From Cyanophyceae cyanobacterium (GTDB lineage Bacteria; Cyanobacteriota; Cyanobacteriia; Cyanobacteriales; JBHJGN01): DNA of 64,000 nucleotides. Positions 63,777-64,000 of this stretch are shown here, piece by piece. Both the position numbers and the translations under genes were made by a program. The DNA lies in NCBI GenBank assembly GCA_050331735.1, contig JBHJGN010000031.1:32001-96000 (forward strand), given 5' to 3'. Below the pieces are notes generated by a model. It worked only from the letters and a program-made list of their open reading frames with translations. It was not told the DNA's origin and searched no databases. Each line of letters opens with the position of its first letter. The stretch's first letter is position 1.

Positions 63777-64000
63777 ATGCGTAAAATTATCTTGATCATC
63801 GAAGATGATGAACAAGTTCGGGACAATATTGAAGATATTCTCTTGTTAGAAGATTTTGAGGTTGTGACAGCAGAAAATGGAGCAGTTGGCCTGCGGTTGG
63901 TCAAAGAAACCAGGCCCGATTTGATTCTTTGTGATGTCATGATGCCAGAGCTAGACGGATTTGGTGTTTTAGCACAGCTACAGCAGGATGAAGACATTGC
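63777..64000 (+). CDS. Response regulator receiver domain, 3'-truncated by the window edge
   Basis: Hand translation: MRKIILIIEDDEQVRDNIEDILLLEDF...PDLILCDVMMPELDGF. Confidence 0.88.
   Translation, partial: MRKIILIIEDDEQVRDNIEDILLLEDFEVVTAENGAVGLRLVKETRPDLILCDVMMPELDGFGVLAQLQQDEDI

Larger units (their letters stand above)
1..64000. repeat. HIP1 octamer (GCGATCGC) dispersed through the window
   Basis: Roughly 40 copies by eye (e.g. 1390, 8194, 16533, 40033, 52032, 60980). Confidence 0.9.

Overview
Cyanobacterial chromosomal segment (roughly 40 HIP1 octamers GCGATCGC by eye; ndhN, ftrC, NdhR/CcmR, sufR-sufBCDS). About 17 kb (18.5-35.7 kb, minus strand) is the canonical cyanobacterial ribosomal-protein supercluster, rplC...secY-adk-infA-rpmJ-rpsM-rpsK-rpoA-rplQ-truA-rplM-rpsI-rpmE-prfA. 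It is flanked by housekeeping genes (moaC, gyrA, ffh-rpsP-khpA, obgE, comF, ftrC-DUF309-lptA-lptB), two tRNAs (Arg-ACG, Gly-TCC) and the suf Fe-S operon with two clear SufR boxes. The right end holds a c-di-GMP/two-component locus: GGDEF*-EAL, a 1859-aa 4xGAF/7xPAS histidine kinase, REC-GGDEF*-EAL and a second REC. No CRISPR, rRNA, prophage or intact IS was seen. Best leads: (1) a two-gene HTTM/vitamin-K-carboxylase-like membrane module appended to the end of the ribosomal supercluster; (2) a ~415-nt structured 5' leader of rplC behind a near-consensus promoter; (3) an apparently degradation-only c-di-GMP phosphorelay; (4) an AT-rich patch with a phage-like 71-aa gene; (5) a truncated Uma2 gene running antisense into sufR; (6) a consensus antisense promoter in the rplO-secY spacer. 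All product calls come from motif recognition only; no database searches were run.
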